DNA from: Candidatus Aegiribacteria sp.
Lineage (GTDB): Bacteria > Fermentibacterota > Fermentibacteria > Fermentibacterales > JCC-6
Reading direction: 5' to 3'
Assembly: GCA_023138735.1 (NCBI GenBank)
Contig: JAGLOY010000013.1
Span: 14,139 to 78,138, forward strand
DNA length: 64,000 bases
Positions 19,686-29,948 of the stretch are shown here, one piece after another. Numbering within the stretch: the stretch's first letter is position 1; each line of letters begins with the position of its first letter. The position numbers and the translations under genes were made by a program. Under the pieces are notes generated by a model that saw nothing but the letters and a program-made list of their open reading frames with translations, was not told where the DNA came from and searched no databases.

Positions 19686-20945
19686 ATGAAAACATTATCG
19701 AATCTGTCAGTGACGGCTGTCATCCTTCTCGCAACGGCCATTTCCTGTTCAGCCCAGGAAAACCTGTCCGTACCTGAAGATTACTCTGTACCGGATACAG
19801 ATGTTGTTGGGGCGCTTGTTCTGGGCAACAATGAGTTTGCTCTGGATCTCTATGAAAAAGTCTGCGACAAACAGGAATCGGACAACATCTTCTTTTCTCC
19901 TTACAGTATTTCTTCAGCCCTTGGTATGACCTACGTCGGAGCCAGAGGACAGACAGCAACAGAAATGGCGGGTGTGCTGCATTTTACACTCCCGGTTGCA
20001 GCAACCAACAGTGCTTTCCATTCATTGACTGAACTTCTCAGCTCAGGTGATCTATCCAGTGCCGGGTCCGGAGACTCCTTCACACTTTCAATATCAAACG
20101 GCCTCTGGGTCCAGGATGGTTTCCACCTGCTGGATGAATACGTATCGGAAGTTACCAGATACTACAGCGCCGCTGTGAGAAATCTTGATTTCATCGATGA
20201 TTCCGAAGGTTCGCGGGAAACCATCAACGAATGGGTTGCCCAAAGTACTCTTAACAGAATACTGGATCTGATACCCCCGGGTTCGCTGGACGAAGATACA
20301 AGAGTTGTGTTGACGAATGCGGTTTACTTCAAAGCATCCTGGAGAAAACCATTCGATGAACGATCCACAGAGGATGCGCCGTTCGCTCTTGTCGGGGGCT
20401 CAACAATAGACGTCCCGATGATGAACCAGACAGATTTCTTCAATTACGTTGCCACTGAAGGATGTGAAGCTGTTGAGCTTGATTATGCCGCGGGTAATGC
20501 CAGTATGCTCATACTGCTACCCGATGGTGACATGGCCGAATTCCAGCAGGGATTCAACGCTGACATGCTGGAGACGATAAGAAGAAGGCTTTCCTCCTGT
20601 AATGTCTCTCTGTCCATGCCGAAGTTCGAATTCTCGCGAAGTATGCAGCTGAGCGATTTACTCCAGGATCTTGGAATGGAATCTGCCTTCGGAAGTGCCG
20701 CCGACTTCAGCGGGTTTACAGGCAGCCCTGATCTTTTCATATCGAAGGTTCTGCATAAGGCGTTCGTTAAGGTTGATGAAGCCGGTACGGAAGCTGCTGC
20801 AGCTACCGCAGTTATAATGGGACTTACAGCAATACCGGATCAACCTGTTCAGATGAACATTGACTCCCCGTTCATGTTCTTCATACTGGATAGGGCATCC
20901 GGTTCAATAGTGTTCATGGGAAGGGTTATGGATCCTTCATCCTGA
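19686..20945 (+). CDS. Serpin, probably a lipoprotein
   Basis: NIFFSPYSI, LTNAVYFKASW, hinge VDEAGTEAAAAT, PFMFFI...FMGRV.DP; AISC lipobox-like site. Confidence 0.95.
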   Translation: MKTLSNLSVTAVILLATAISCSAQENLSVPEDYSVPDTDVVGALVLGNNEFALDLYEKVCDKQESDNIFFSPYSISSALGMTYVGARGQTATEMAGVLHFTLPVAATNSAFHSLTELLSSGDLSSAGSGDSFTLSISNGLWVQDGFHLLDEYVSEVTRYYSAAVRNLDFIDDSEGSRETINEWVAQSTLNRILDLIPPGSLDEDTRVVLTNAVYFKASWRKPFDERSTEDAPFALVGGSTIDVPMMNQTDFFNYVATEGCEAVELDYAAGNASMLILLPDGDMAEFQQGFNADMLETIRRRLSSCNVSLSMPKFEFSRSMQLSDLLQDLGMESAFGSAADFSGFTGSPDLFISKVLHKAFVKVDEAGTEAAAATAVIMGLTAIPDQPVQMNIDSPFMFFILDRASGSIVFMGRVMDPSS

Positions 20946-20985
20946 GTAAGATATCCAGCGAGCCAGACTCAGGCTTCCTCTGTCT

Positions 20986-21687
20986 TTATCTGCCTTCCTG
21001 CGGTGCGTGGTGTTCGGGGCTCGGGTGGCTTAGCATGTACTCCACAATCTGCTCTGCATGGGCAAGCTGCTCGGAGGAAAGCATATCATGGATCTCGCTC
21101 ATTGCGTCTGCTAAGAGATCATGCAAATCGCTCTGATACCAGTTTCTCTCCTCCCATAAGAAATAAGTACCGACCGGCATGTAGAAATCCTCAACGAACC
21201 CTTCGAAGAAAGAGCAGCGGATATCGTCAATTTCATGGTAATCCTGCAGCTGATTCACTTCATATTCCACCCAGAGTGAAAGGGCATCAAGATATGTTAT
21301 CTGCATCATTGACAGTTCTATCTGTTTCAGCATCCATGTAAAACCACTGATGTCCGGGATCTCATCTTCCCACAGGTAGATTCTCCTGACCCAGTCATCG
21401 TAACTGCTGCTGGAGGGATACAGGACACTGGACTGCAATTCAGGGTCATCAGAGTAGTAACTGCCGTAATCATTCATGTAATCCGTGAAGTCCGAGAAAG
21501 ACATTCCCCCCGATGCAATGAAGGCTTCATGAACATCATCCAGAGGGGATTCATACTCTTCTTCACAAGCTGATTCATCTGACCAGCCTTCCCAGTCCGG
21601 CATCGTGTTTTCCGAGTCCTTGAATCCGTGATCCCATTTCTGCGCGTGAGAAGGGATAGCAGCAACCGTCAGAAGCAGAACGATCAT
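20986..21687 (-). CDS. Secreted acidic hypothetical protein (start uncertain)
   Basis: Signal peptide MIVLLLTVAAIPSHA after AAGGAG; long open frame. Confidence 0.65.
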   Translation of the reverse strand: MIVLLLTVAAIPSHAQKWDHGFKDSENTMPDWEGWSDESACEEEYESPLDDVHEAFIASGGMSFSDFTDYMNDYGSYYSDDPELQSSVLYPSSSSYDDWVRRIYLWEDEIPDISGFTWMLKQIELSMMQITYLDALSLWVEYEVNQLQDYHEIDDIRCSFFEGFVEDFYMPVGTYFLWEERNWYQSDLHDLLADAMSEIHDMLSSEQLAHAEQIVEYMLSHPSPEHHAPQEGR

Positions 21688-21941
21688 GTATTTCAAATCA
21701 GATCTCCTTTCTTTATAACCGATAAGAGTTCTGACTTCTTTACCTCGATACGGCATGACTGTTCCACTGTATACCCGGAGACCCGATTGAGTAACTTGAT
21801 GAGACGCTCTTTGCGTGACAGAATTTTGCATAACAAATTAATATACATAATTACTTCAAGTTGTCAAGATCAATTTGACATACTATAGAATTGATCTTAT
21901 ATCTTGTTTTTAGAGAGCAATTTCTTTGAAAGGAGTCAGTC

Positions 21942-22724
21942 ATGAAATGTAGTCTGTACTGTTTGAGTGTCTGTCTTGTTCTGGTTTCCGGTGTTTATGC
22001 CGGAGAAGTTATAACAGAGGAGATTATTACAATAGGAGTTTCATCTGGAGACCCGGTTGAGATGTTTTCTATAAACGGAGATGTCATTGTTTCTGAATGG
22101 TCTTCCGATCAGGTGGAGGTTGTCTACATAATCACCTGTGACAGTGAAGAAGAGCTGGATTTCATTACCGTCGAGTGCAACACTTCAAGCGGTATCATCT
22201 GCCAAGTTGAGTACGATGAGGACTGGGAAGAATCGCACAGCGGCATCGTGGATTTCGAAGTTCAAATACCTTCGGGTATCTACCTTGAGATTGAGCTTGC
22301 TTCTGTCAATGGAAACGTATCCATTGATGGAGGAGAAGGTAATGCACTCCTTGAGGTTGTAAATGGAAATATTGAGGCAGAAGGCTTCAATGGTGAACTT
22401 GTTGTTCATTCCGTTAATGGTAACATAGATATCAGTGAATCCCCGGGAATCACGGTCGCTGAGCTTGTAAACGGAAATATCGAGTGCGTTGTTAATGCTC
22501 TTGATGACGATCTGGAACTGGCATCTGTGAACGGGTGCATAACACTTTATCTGGGTGTTGATGCAGAAGTCGAAGTTGAAACAATCACAGGAATAATAGA
22601 AATTGCGAATACTTTTAACGCTCACATTACTGAAAATATCGTTGGCAGCTCATCGGATTTCGGCGAGGGTGAATTCTCTATCGAGATCAGTACCGTATCA
22701 GGAAATATTATCATAGATAATTGA
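21942..22724 (+). CDS. DUF4097 beta-strand repeat protein
   Basis: Repeated SVNGxI motifs; ends STVSGNI; signal peptide. Confidence 0.85.
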   Translation: MKCSLYCLSVCLVLVSGVYAGEVITEEIITIGVSSGDPVEMFSINGDVIVSEWSSDQVEVVYIITCDSEEELDFITVECNTSSGIICQVEYDEDWEESHSGIVDFEVQIPSGIYLEIELASVNGNVSIDGGEGNALLEVVNGNIEAEGFNGELVVHSVNGNIDISESPGITVAELVNGNIECVVNALDDDLELASVNGCITLYLGVDAEVEVETITGIIEIANTFNAHITENIVGSSSDFGEGEFSIEISTVSGNIIIDN

Positions 22725-22881
22725 TTCGTAACTTCCCCTTTGGGATCGGTGCACAGATAGGTTCGCACGGTAAACATTAACATCCTCTGCGAGTATTCCT
22801 GTATGTTTGATGACTTAGTACTCATTAATGTCATCTTTCACATACAGCTGCTGTCAGCACTATTCCATAAGGCGGATTCAG

Positions 22882-24267
22882 ATGGCTGAGCGTTCTCCTG
22901 ATTCCTACAGGGAAATAATAGCAATCTCCTTTCCCATAATTGCAGCTATGGCAGGCAGAACGATAATGATGTTCTGCGATAGACTGTTCCTCGCCCAGCA
23001 CAGCCAGCTTGAGCTTCAGGCCGCTCTTCCTGCCGGTATTCTGAGCTTCACACTGCTCTGTATCTTTTATGGTACAGTTTCATACTCAGGTACATTTATC
23101 GCTCAATATTTTGGTGCAGACGATAAGGAGGGATGTTCAAGATCCCTGGCACAGGGTCTGTTCCTCACAATGCTGTCCGCTCCGATTCTTGCTGCTCTCG
23201 CAGTCCCGGGAAGCCTTCTTTTCGATCTTTCCGGCCATGCTTCTGAAATAGTCGCGCTTGAGAAGATATACTTTCAGATTCTCATGTTTTCCGCGGCAGG
23301 ACCTGTTTTCACTGCAGCGGCATCATCCTTCTGGAACGGTCGCGGGAAAACAGTTCCTACAATGCTTGCTGTCATAACTGGAGCGGGGATCAATATTCTT
23401 CTTGATTACCTGATGATCTTCGGGAAATTTGGTTTTCCAGAAATGGGTATAAAGGGCGCGGCCATTGCAACAGCCATCTCATCATTTATCCCTGGTACTA
23501 TACTGACAATCGCTGCCTTCACAGGGAAAACCGCTGTTGAATACAGGACCAGGGAGAACTTCAGATTCTCGAAAAGGCTTACCGGAAGAATAATCAGATT
23601 CGGGTTCCCGGCAGGTCTTCAGATATTCATGGATGTCGCAAGTTTTACAATTTTCATATTCCTCGCAGGAAGGCTTGGAGCCATCGATTTTACAGCGAAT
23701 AACCTCGCTTTCAGCGTAAACAATCTGGCATTCAATCCTCTGCTGGGGTTCGGCTTCGCTACAACGGTAATCGTTGGCAGGTGTATAGGAATGGGAAGAA
23801 ATGATATGGCTGTGAAAGTCGTCCGGCGGACCCTGCTGCTTGCCATATGCTACTTTGTCCCTCTGGCCGCTACTTTTGTTCTTTTTCCCGGCTTTTATAC
23901 GCGGCTGTTTTTCAGTCCGGATTCCGCATGTACAATTGAAGAGCTGATATCCACTTCAGGTAAACTTCTTGCGATCATAGCCGCCTGGGGTATTTTCGAT
24001 GCTGTCACCCTCATGTATAGCGGAGCCCTCAGAGGAGCTGGAGACACGAAGTTCGTTATGTGGGTTTCCGGCCTGCTTGCGTGGCTCTTCTGGATACCCG
24101 GAGTTATATACCTTTACGCCGTTCAGAACGCGGGGATAGTTACCCTCTGGCTTTTCACCAGTTTTTACGTGGCCATCTTCGCCCTGGCGTTCTTCCTCCG
24201 GTTCAGAACCGGCAAATGGAAACGCATTGATCTCCTCGGGAGAACGGAGAAGAGATGTATCGAGTAG
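22882..24267 (+). CDS. MATE family efflux transporter
   Basis: NILLDYLMIFGKFGFPEMGIKGAAIAT, GALRGAGDT, RFRTGKWK. Confidence 0.93.
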   Translation: MAERSPDSYREIIAISFPIIAAMAGRTIMMFCDRLFLAQHSQLELQAALPAGILSFTLLCIFYGTVSYSGTFIAQYFGADDKEGCSRSLAQGLFLTMLSAPILAALAVPGSLLFDLSGHASEIVALEKIYFQILMFSAAGPVFTAAASSFWNGRGKTVPTMLAVITGAGINILLDYLMIFGKFGFPEMGIKGAAIATAISSFIPGTILTIAAFTGKTAVEYRTRENFRFSKRLTGRIIRFGFPAGLQIFMDVASFTIFIFLAGRLGAIDFTANNLAFSVNNLAFNPLLGFGFATTVIVGRCIGMGRNDMAVKVVRRTLLLAICYFVPLAATFVLFPGFYTRLFFSPDSACTIEELISTSGKLLAIIAAWGIFDAVTLMYSGALRGAGDTKFVMWVSGLLAWLFWIPGVIYLYAVQNAGIVTLWLFTSFYVAIFALAFFLRFRTGKWKRIDLLGRTEKRCIE

Positions 24268-24854
24268 TTGTCTCTATATCAATGTTTCTCATTCTTGCCT
24301 GCTCTGACCCTACCGGCCCATCATTCCTTCAGTATTCACTGGTCTCTGTAATCGAGACATCCACCGGTTCAATTATCGCAAACATCGAATTGTCTCCCGC
24401 TTTCTCTGAAACGGGGAACGAGCTCTATATCTCTGACTATACACAGCTTATCTGTCTTGATCCGGACACCGATAAGGAAATCGCTTCTGCAGACCTTGGC
24501 AAAATGATTACTGATATATGTATAGTACCCGGGTCTAACACAATGTATGTATCGTGGGAAACCCTTTGGGTTGAGGGAGGAGTAATAGCACTGGACAGGA
24601 CTACTCTGGCAGTCACGAATTCTATCGATCTGGCCTTCGAAGTAGACAACCTCTGTTATGTACCAGTGCTGGATATCCTGTATGTCGGGTATAGAGCAGA
24701 CTTCCACGATGATAGGATTATGGTGGTAGACCTGCCGGGTCTCGATCCGCTTGATGATATCCAGATAAACCCGAATCTCGTGAATATGGTTTCGGATCCA
24801 TCAGGTGATCACGTTTACTGTAACATTTACATGGACAACCGAACCGGTTCATAG
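24255..24854 (+). CDS. Short YncE-like beta-propeller lipoprotein; internally deleted paralog of 27261-28256
   Basis: LAC lipobox; shares N- and C-terminal blocks with 27261-28256. Confidence 0.6.
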   Translation: MYRVVVSISMFLILACSDPTGPSFLQYSLVSVIETSTGSIIANIELSPAFSETGNELYISDYTQLICLDPDTDKEIASADLGKMITDICIVPGSNTMYVSWETLWVEGGVIALDRTTLAVTNSIDLAFEVDNLCYVPVLDILYVGYRADFHDDRIMVVDLPGLDPLDDIQINPNLVNMVSDPSGDHVYCNIYMDNRTGS

Positions 24855-24864
24855 TGGAGGACTT

Positions 24865-26013
24865 ATGAGAGCAGCCAACGTATCTGACAGCAATACTTAC
24901 CGTTTACTTCAGAAGCATCTTGACAAGCAGGCGGTTGGTTTTCCTGCAACCAGATCAGGAGCGGAGATTCGCTTTCTGAATAGAATGTTCACTCCTGAGG
25001 AAGCGGGGCTCGCATTGCATCTTTCCTACCGTCCCTCGTCTCTTGGGACGATCATGCTGACCGCTTCTGGTGAATTCGAAGAAGAAAGAGCTCTCAAATT
25101 GCTTGACAGCATGTCGATGAAGGGTGCGATAGGATTCAAGGAAAGGGAGAACGAGGATAACTGGTTTGTCATTCCGATGGTGATAGGAATGTTCGAAGCA
25201 CAGGACGGTTGTCCGACAGAGGATTTCCTGAAAGATGCTGGTGAGTACATGAAGACCATCGCTTTCAGTAAATCCATCCTTGCTACTGAACCCTCCCAGA
25301 TGAGAACAATTCCAATAAACGTCAGCATCTCTCCAGAGCATACCGTAGCTACTTACAATCAGATCAATCTGCTTATCGAGAGTTCTGACGGACCATTCGT
25401 GGTACTCCCCTGTATCTGCCGGGAAAGCCGGGCAATTCAGGGAGAGGTATGCGAAGTGACATCCCGAACTGAAACCTGCTTTGGAATGGGGAGTATGGCA
25501 GCAATGGTTCTCCGTCGTGGTCATGGGCGGGAGGTGAGCCGGGAAGAGGCTCTCAGCATGCTGCAGCAGAACCAGGATGACGGTCTGGTTCTGCAGCCTT
25601 CAAATGCGCAGCAGGCCGAATTCGTCTGCTCATGCTGCGGCTGCTGCTGTGGTATGCTGAGGATGCAGAAGATGCTGCCTCATCCGGTAGATTTCTGGGT
25701 AACCAGCTTTCAAGCGGAAATTAACAGCGATATCTGTACAGGGTGCGGTATCTGCGTGAAGAGATGCCAGGTGAACGCTGTCGTCCTGAAGGGCTCTCCC
25801 GCAAAAGCGGTAATCGGCAGGACCCGATGCATCGGATGCGGTCTCTGCGTTCCAACCTGCCCGGCGGATGCGATACGTCTCATTTCCACAGAACTGGAGA
25901 CCGTGCCACCGATGAACGAGGAGGAACTCAACGATACGATCATGTCGAACAAGAAAGGTGCGATGGGCAGGTTCCTCATGTTCCTGAAAATCATACTCAG
26001 GATGAGGAAATAA
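24865..26013 (+). CDS. 4Fe-4S dicluster-domain protein
   Basis: CICR, CSCCGCCCG, CTGCGICVKRC, CIGCGLCVPTCP; GGAGG RBS. Confidence 0.88.
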   Translation: MRAANVSDSNTYRLLQKHLDKQAVGFPATRSGAEIRFLNRMFTPEEAGLALHLSYRPSSLGTIMLTASGEFEEERALKLLDSMSMKGAIGFKERENEDNWFVIPMVIGMFEAQDGCPTEDFLKDAGEYMKTIAFSKSILATEPSQMRTIPINVSISPEHTVATYNQINLLIESSDGPFVVLPCICRESRAIQGEVCEVTSRTETCFGMGSMAAMVLRRGHGREVSREEALSMLQQNQDDGLVLQPSNAQQAEFVCSCCGCCCGMLRMQKMLPHPVDFWVTSFQAEINSDICTGCGICVKRCQVNAVVLKGSPAKAVIGRTRCIGCGLCVPTCPADAIRLISTELETVPPMNEEELNDTIMSNKKGAMGRFLMFLKIILRMRK

Positions 26014-26014
26014 A

Positions 26015-27058
26015 CTAAATCATTCGGTATTTGTAGATAATTCCATCATCGTACGCAACGGTGTAGATATCATCACCATCAACGTTGATGAACATATTTC
26101 TTTCAGCTTCCGAAGGGGTCCGGGTGTAGAAGTAACCAGCCGGTTCGCCGTCATCGGTACTGAACACATCAACCCTGTACCCTCTTTCGTCTCCCCCCTG
26201 GGCCCAGAGCACATATACTCGATCACCTTCAACATCCAGATCCCAGATAACCGGAGTAATCGTTGAGCCTTCATTACTGTCGGTGAAGTAGGCTTCGAAG
26301 GGGCAGGGACCGTCAACCGACCACACGAACACCCCGGTAGAATCGTATTTATTTACCCTGTAGTCTCCAGCACTTGAGTAATACAAAGCGAGATCGTCGT
26401 CCGTGTCAATAACGCATGACATTAGCACCATCTTCTCTCCATAGCTCATATTTTTCATATCAGCATCAAAATGCCCGATCTCCCTTATAACTTCACCATT
26501 CACATCTATCAAAGTTACAGCCGGAGATTCAGTAGAGTTAATCAAGCCCACTCCCCATGGAAATCCATTGATGTAAATCCGATTTGTGTCGACGGCTGCT
26601 ATATCGAAAATCTGTCCCATATCCGTGGTTATTCCTGCGAAGTAACTGCCATCGTTATGAAATATCTCGATCCGGTCAGGGTGGTTTATTGTGTAAACAT
26701 GCCCGGATTCATCGATATCGAAGTTGAAATACAGCATATGGAATTCACCAGGGCCCTCGCCTGGTCTCCCGAACTCGTAAAGGAAATCACCTTCTGAGCT
26801 GAAAACAAGGATCTTCATACTGACAAAGTCCAGTACGAAGAGCTTTCCCTCGCTGTCAACAGACAGATTAATCGGGGTGAAGCAATGATTGAGATCGGCG
26901 TTCCCGTCGATTACCATGGTCTGTTCAAGGGTTATAATTGTCTCAACAGGATCGGAGCCTCCGCATGATATGCTTGAGATCGTTATAGCTGCCACAGCAC
27001 AATTGCGAATGGCTATATATCCATCGGGAAGAGGTTTTCTCAATTTACTGAACATCAA
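26015..27058 (-). CDS. 6-bladed beta-propeller lipoprotein
   Basis: ISCGG; FGRPGEGPGEF; YRVDVFS. Confidence 0.8.
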   Translation of the reverse strand: MMFSKLRKPLPDGYIAIRNCAVAAITISSISCGGSDPVETIITLEQTMVIDGNADLNHCFTPINLSVDSEGKLFVLDFVSMKILVFSSEGDFLYEFGRPGEGPGEFHMLYFNFDIDESGHVYTINHPDRIEIFHNDGSYFAGITTDMGQIFDIAAVDTNRIYINGFPWGVGLINSTESPAVTLIDVNGEVIREIGHFDADMKNMSYGEKMVLMSCVIDTDDDLALYYSSAGDYRVNKYDSTGVFVWSVDGPCPFEAYFTDSNEGSTITPVIWDLDVEGDRVYVLWAQGGDERGYRVDVFSTDDGEPAGYFYTRTPSEAERNMFINVDGDDIYTVAYDDGIIYKYRMI

Positions 27059-27260
27059 ACCCCCATTTCAACTAAAAACACGATAAGAAACTCTTTGCTA
27101 CCTACCTTCAATCTGTATAATCAGACAGGTATAGTCAAACGACATCCCGGACCTGATACTGCGTTATAACTCAGCTTGCTTGCAATGATTTAAATATGTA
27201 GAATATAATCGGTTGTGAGTATGCTTCTGAAGTTTATGCGTATTTACGAGGGGAGATAAT

Positions 27261-28256
27261 ATGCTGCGTGTCAGCTTGATTTCTATAGTTGTATTTATGC
27301 TCGCATGTTCAGATTCAACTGGACCATCACACATCGAATATTCCATGATATCCATTATCGATACCAGTAGCGGAGCCATATCCGATGAAATAGTTATGGA
27401 CGGTAGCTCAAGGATGTGCATTTCCCCAGATGGCAGTTACCTGTACATCGCTCAGTATTGGGGGGATGATATAGTACAGGTAGACTGTCTTACACATTCC
27501 GTGAGTGGAAGCCTGAATTTTTTAGAACCATACGATTTTTGCAGTGATCTCTGTCTGAATGATCAGGGAAATGAACTCTATGCCCGTTGCGGCAGTAGGA
27601 TATTCATTATTGATGTGCAATCACTAACTGTCAGAGATTCCATTTATTCTGATATTCCGGGCATTGGCAGAATCACACACAGGCCCGGAACAGACCTGAT
27701 TTACGCATCCTTTTACATCTCAAATAGCCTTACAGGGATTTATGTAATCGACGTTGTTCAATGCGAGGTTGTTGATACATTTGATTACTGGACATCGAAT
27801 CTAGCTTTTTCTGAAACCGGAAACGATCTCTATATTTCCGATGGACAAACAATCAAACGTCTGGATCCAGACCTCGGCACCCAGCTTGCATCTTACAATG
27901 TGAATGAAAATGTCAGCGGGATATGTCTCGATCCCGTTTCAAATACCGTATATGCTTCCTGGCATGGCTTCAACAGTATAGGAGGGGGTGTAGTCTCCAT
28001 GGATGGGAATTCCCTGTCATTACAGGATTCAGTGACTATCGATTATGGTGCAAGTTTCTTGTGCCATCTTCCGGTGAAGGATAACCTATACCTTGGAATC
28101 CGAAGTACCTTGAACGGCGATAAGGTAATGGTGCTTGACCTGCCCGGTCTGGATATAGTCAATGAGATCAGTATTCCGGAAGGTCTGCAGCATATGGTAG
28201 CTGATCCGTCGGGCGATTACGTTTACTGCAGCATTGAGTACGCAGTGGATCGTTAA
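27261..28256 (+). CDS. YncE-like beta-propeller lipoprotein
   Basis: LAC lipobox; SPDGSYLY, NDQGNELY, SETGNDLY and DPSGDYVY blades. Confidence 0.8.
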   Translation: MLRVSLISIVVFMLACSDSTGPSHIEYSMISIIDTSSGAISDEIVMDGSSRMCISPDGSYLYIAQYWGDDIVQVDCLTHSVSGSLNFLEPYDFCSDLCLNDQGNELYARCGSRIFIIDVQSLTVRDSIYSDIPGIGRITHRPGTDLIYASFYISNSLTGIYVIDVVQCEVVDTFDYWTSNLAFSETGNDLYISDGQTIKRLDPDLGTQLASYNVNENVSGICLDPVSNTVYASWHGFNSIGGGVVSMDGNSLSLQDSVTIDYGASFLCHLPVKDNLYLGIRSTLNGDKVMVLDLPGLDIVNEISIPEGLQHMVADPSGDYVYCSIEYAVDR

Positions 28257-28420
28257 CTGAAATCTATCAGTCCTGTACTAGCAATGTATGAACCACTCAC
28301 CATTGCATATGTTGGCTGAAGAGAAGCGTTTGTCATATCTTCATTGAGATAAGAACTTCAGTACTGATTGGAAAGGCTCGGTGTGCTGGTCGATCATATC
28401 TGGAGCTGAGAGGAGTAGAA

Positions 28421-28636
28421 ATGGCAATGGTAAAGTGTGCCTGGTGTGACGGAAAGGGAATTGACGACTTTCGGCTCACCTCCCCCTGTAATGTATGCGA
28501 CGGTGATGGTTACGTTAACGTTCCCGATCCTCCAACAGAGTGCGGACGATGCAGTGGTACAGGGAAGATAAGGGACAGTTTCAATAATGAATTCGTAAAA
28601 TGCTCCGGATGCAGAGGATCCGGTTGGGCCAGATGA
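28421..28636 (+). CDS. Small DnaJ-type zinc-finger protein
   Basis: Four CxxCxGxG motifs; AGGAG RBS. Confidence 0.8.
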   Translation: MAMVKCAWCDGKGIDDFRLTSPCNVCDGDGYVNVPDPPTECGRCSGTGKIRDSFNNEFVKCSGCRGSGWAR

Positions 28637-28643
28637 GAGGGAT

Positions 28644-29039
28644 TTGATGAATCACAGAAGATTACTGATGCTGATAGTCGCTTGTGTGGCAGCAGGCTTC
28701 ATGGCCTGCGGGGGAGAAGAACCCCAGGCTGAACAGCAGGTCGAGGAACAGGTTGCAGAAGAGGTCGAAGAACAGGTTGAGGTAATTGAGCCGGAAATGA
28801 CCGAAGAAGAGATGGTAGCCTGGGTAATGGAGAACTGCATCTGCCCTCAGTGCCCCAGCTGGATTCCCGAAGCCGCTGAGAAAGGCGAGGGTGGCTACTG
28901 TGCTGTTGGTATAAGCGCCTGTATCGTCGAAGAGGCTGGCTGTATCTGCCCTGAATGCCCTGTAACCCTTGAGAAGGATTTATTGTGGGGTTACTACTGC
29001 ACTCGTGGTTCTGCTGAGGAGATGATGGCACAGGACTAG
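28644..29039 (+). CDS. Lipoprotein with DUF2769-like Cys-rich domain
   Basis: MAC lipobox; acidic linker; CICPQCPSW...YC..G.S.CI....CICPECPV...YYC.RGS. Confidence 0.75.
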   Translation: MMNHRRLLMLIVACVAAGFMACGGEEPQAEQQVEEQVAEEVEEQVEVIEPEMTEEEMVAWVMENCICPQCPSWIPEAAEKGEGGYCAVGISACIVEEAGCICPECPVTLEKDLLWGYYCTRGSAEEMMAQD

Positions 29040-29262
29040 TAAGTACCGATTCGACTAACTATACTGCTCCGATACACAATTTGAGAAGAAATGGCTGACC
29101 TTCTGATTTCGTTCTAAACCCGCATACCGAATAGCCTGAAGGTTATGATTTCTCTCTCAATCGCTGGGAAACCTCCAGAAACCTTTAGTCTTTTTACTCG
29201 GGTGCCGTTGGAGAGCGTCGCATACCCTGGCTGTTAGCATACCACAGATAAAGGAGCGAATC

Positions 29263-29565
29263 ATGATTCTACTGAGGAAGCTGCATCGTTACACCGGCAT
29301 CACTATCGCCCCTCTGGTGCTAGTGCAGGTGGTGACCGGGTTCCTGCTGCAGATGGACAGCCTTAACCGTAATGCGCGCCTGCTGCACAACTGGTCGCAG
29401 GTCAGCAAATTCGTCGCATTCGCGCTTGCAATCGGGCTCGCATTCATGGTGGTCACTGGCAGCATCATCTTCATTCAAATGTGGCTCCAGCGTCGAAAGC
29501 GCGCCGCCCGTAAGCGGCGGGCAGTGATGACCAGTAACCCTTCAAGCAGAGAAGACACTGAGTAA
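29263..29565 (+). CDS. Small PepSY-TM-like membrane protein
   Basis: LRKLHRYTG...VTG, LHNW; AAGGAG RBS. Confidence 0.7.
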   Translation: MILLRKLHRYTGITIAPLVLVQVVTGFLLQMDSLNRNARLLHNWSQVSKFVAFALAIGLAFMVVTGSIIFIQMWLQRRKRAARKRRAVMTSNPSSREDTE

Positions 29566-29674
29566 ACCAGACGATCCTCCCTTTCTCCTTTTCATTCGGA
29601 GGAGGAAAGCGCTTCACAATACTCTATTTCCTATGGATAGTTAAGCATCCAGGGATCAGATAATAATTAATTTT

Positions 29675-29693
29675 CAGGTGGAACCTCCACCTG
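29675..29693 (-). promoter_or_regulatory. SECIS-like hairpin for gene B U81
   Basis: CAGGTGGA-GGT-TCCACCTG, 12 nt after the UGA; followed by AAAA, not a U-tract. Confidence 0.7.
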
Positions 29694-29702
29694 TGTTCTG
29701 CT

Positions 29703-29948
29703 CTATCAACTGTCAGATCCGCAGAATCCTTCTGAATCGGCTACAGCAACCCGAACGGTAGGGCATGTCGCTTTGCTCATATTTCCAGGATCACAAGTAA
29801 AACAGAATCCTGTGAAGTCTTCCTCCCTGTTTTCCGCTTTATCACTCCGGGAATCCCGTTCATCAGCTTTTTTCTGAGGGAACCTTCCCTTTCCTCGCAT
29901 CATCGCCATTCAACCGCCCATCATTCCCATGGGCATCTTAACCTGCAT
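29703..29948 (-). CDS. Candidate selenoprotein B (81 aa; U13 and C-terminal U81)
   Basis: AAGGAG RBS; MQVKMPMGMMGG-TGA(29910-12)-MAMM...FCFTC...FCGSDS-TGA(29706-08)-TAG; a hairpin follows each TGA. Confidence 0.7.
29877..29890 (-). promoter_or_regulatory. SECIS-like hairpin for gene B U13
   Basis: AGGGA-AGGT-TCCCT, 19 nt after the UGA. Confidence 0.55.

Noticed and set aside
29040-29260. Riboswitch or ncRNA in the intergenic region
   Set aside because: No recognisable conserved motif by eye; an Rfam scan would be needed.
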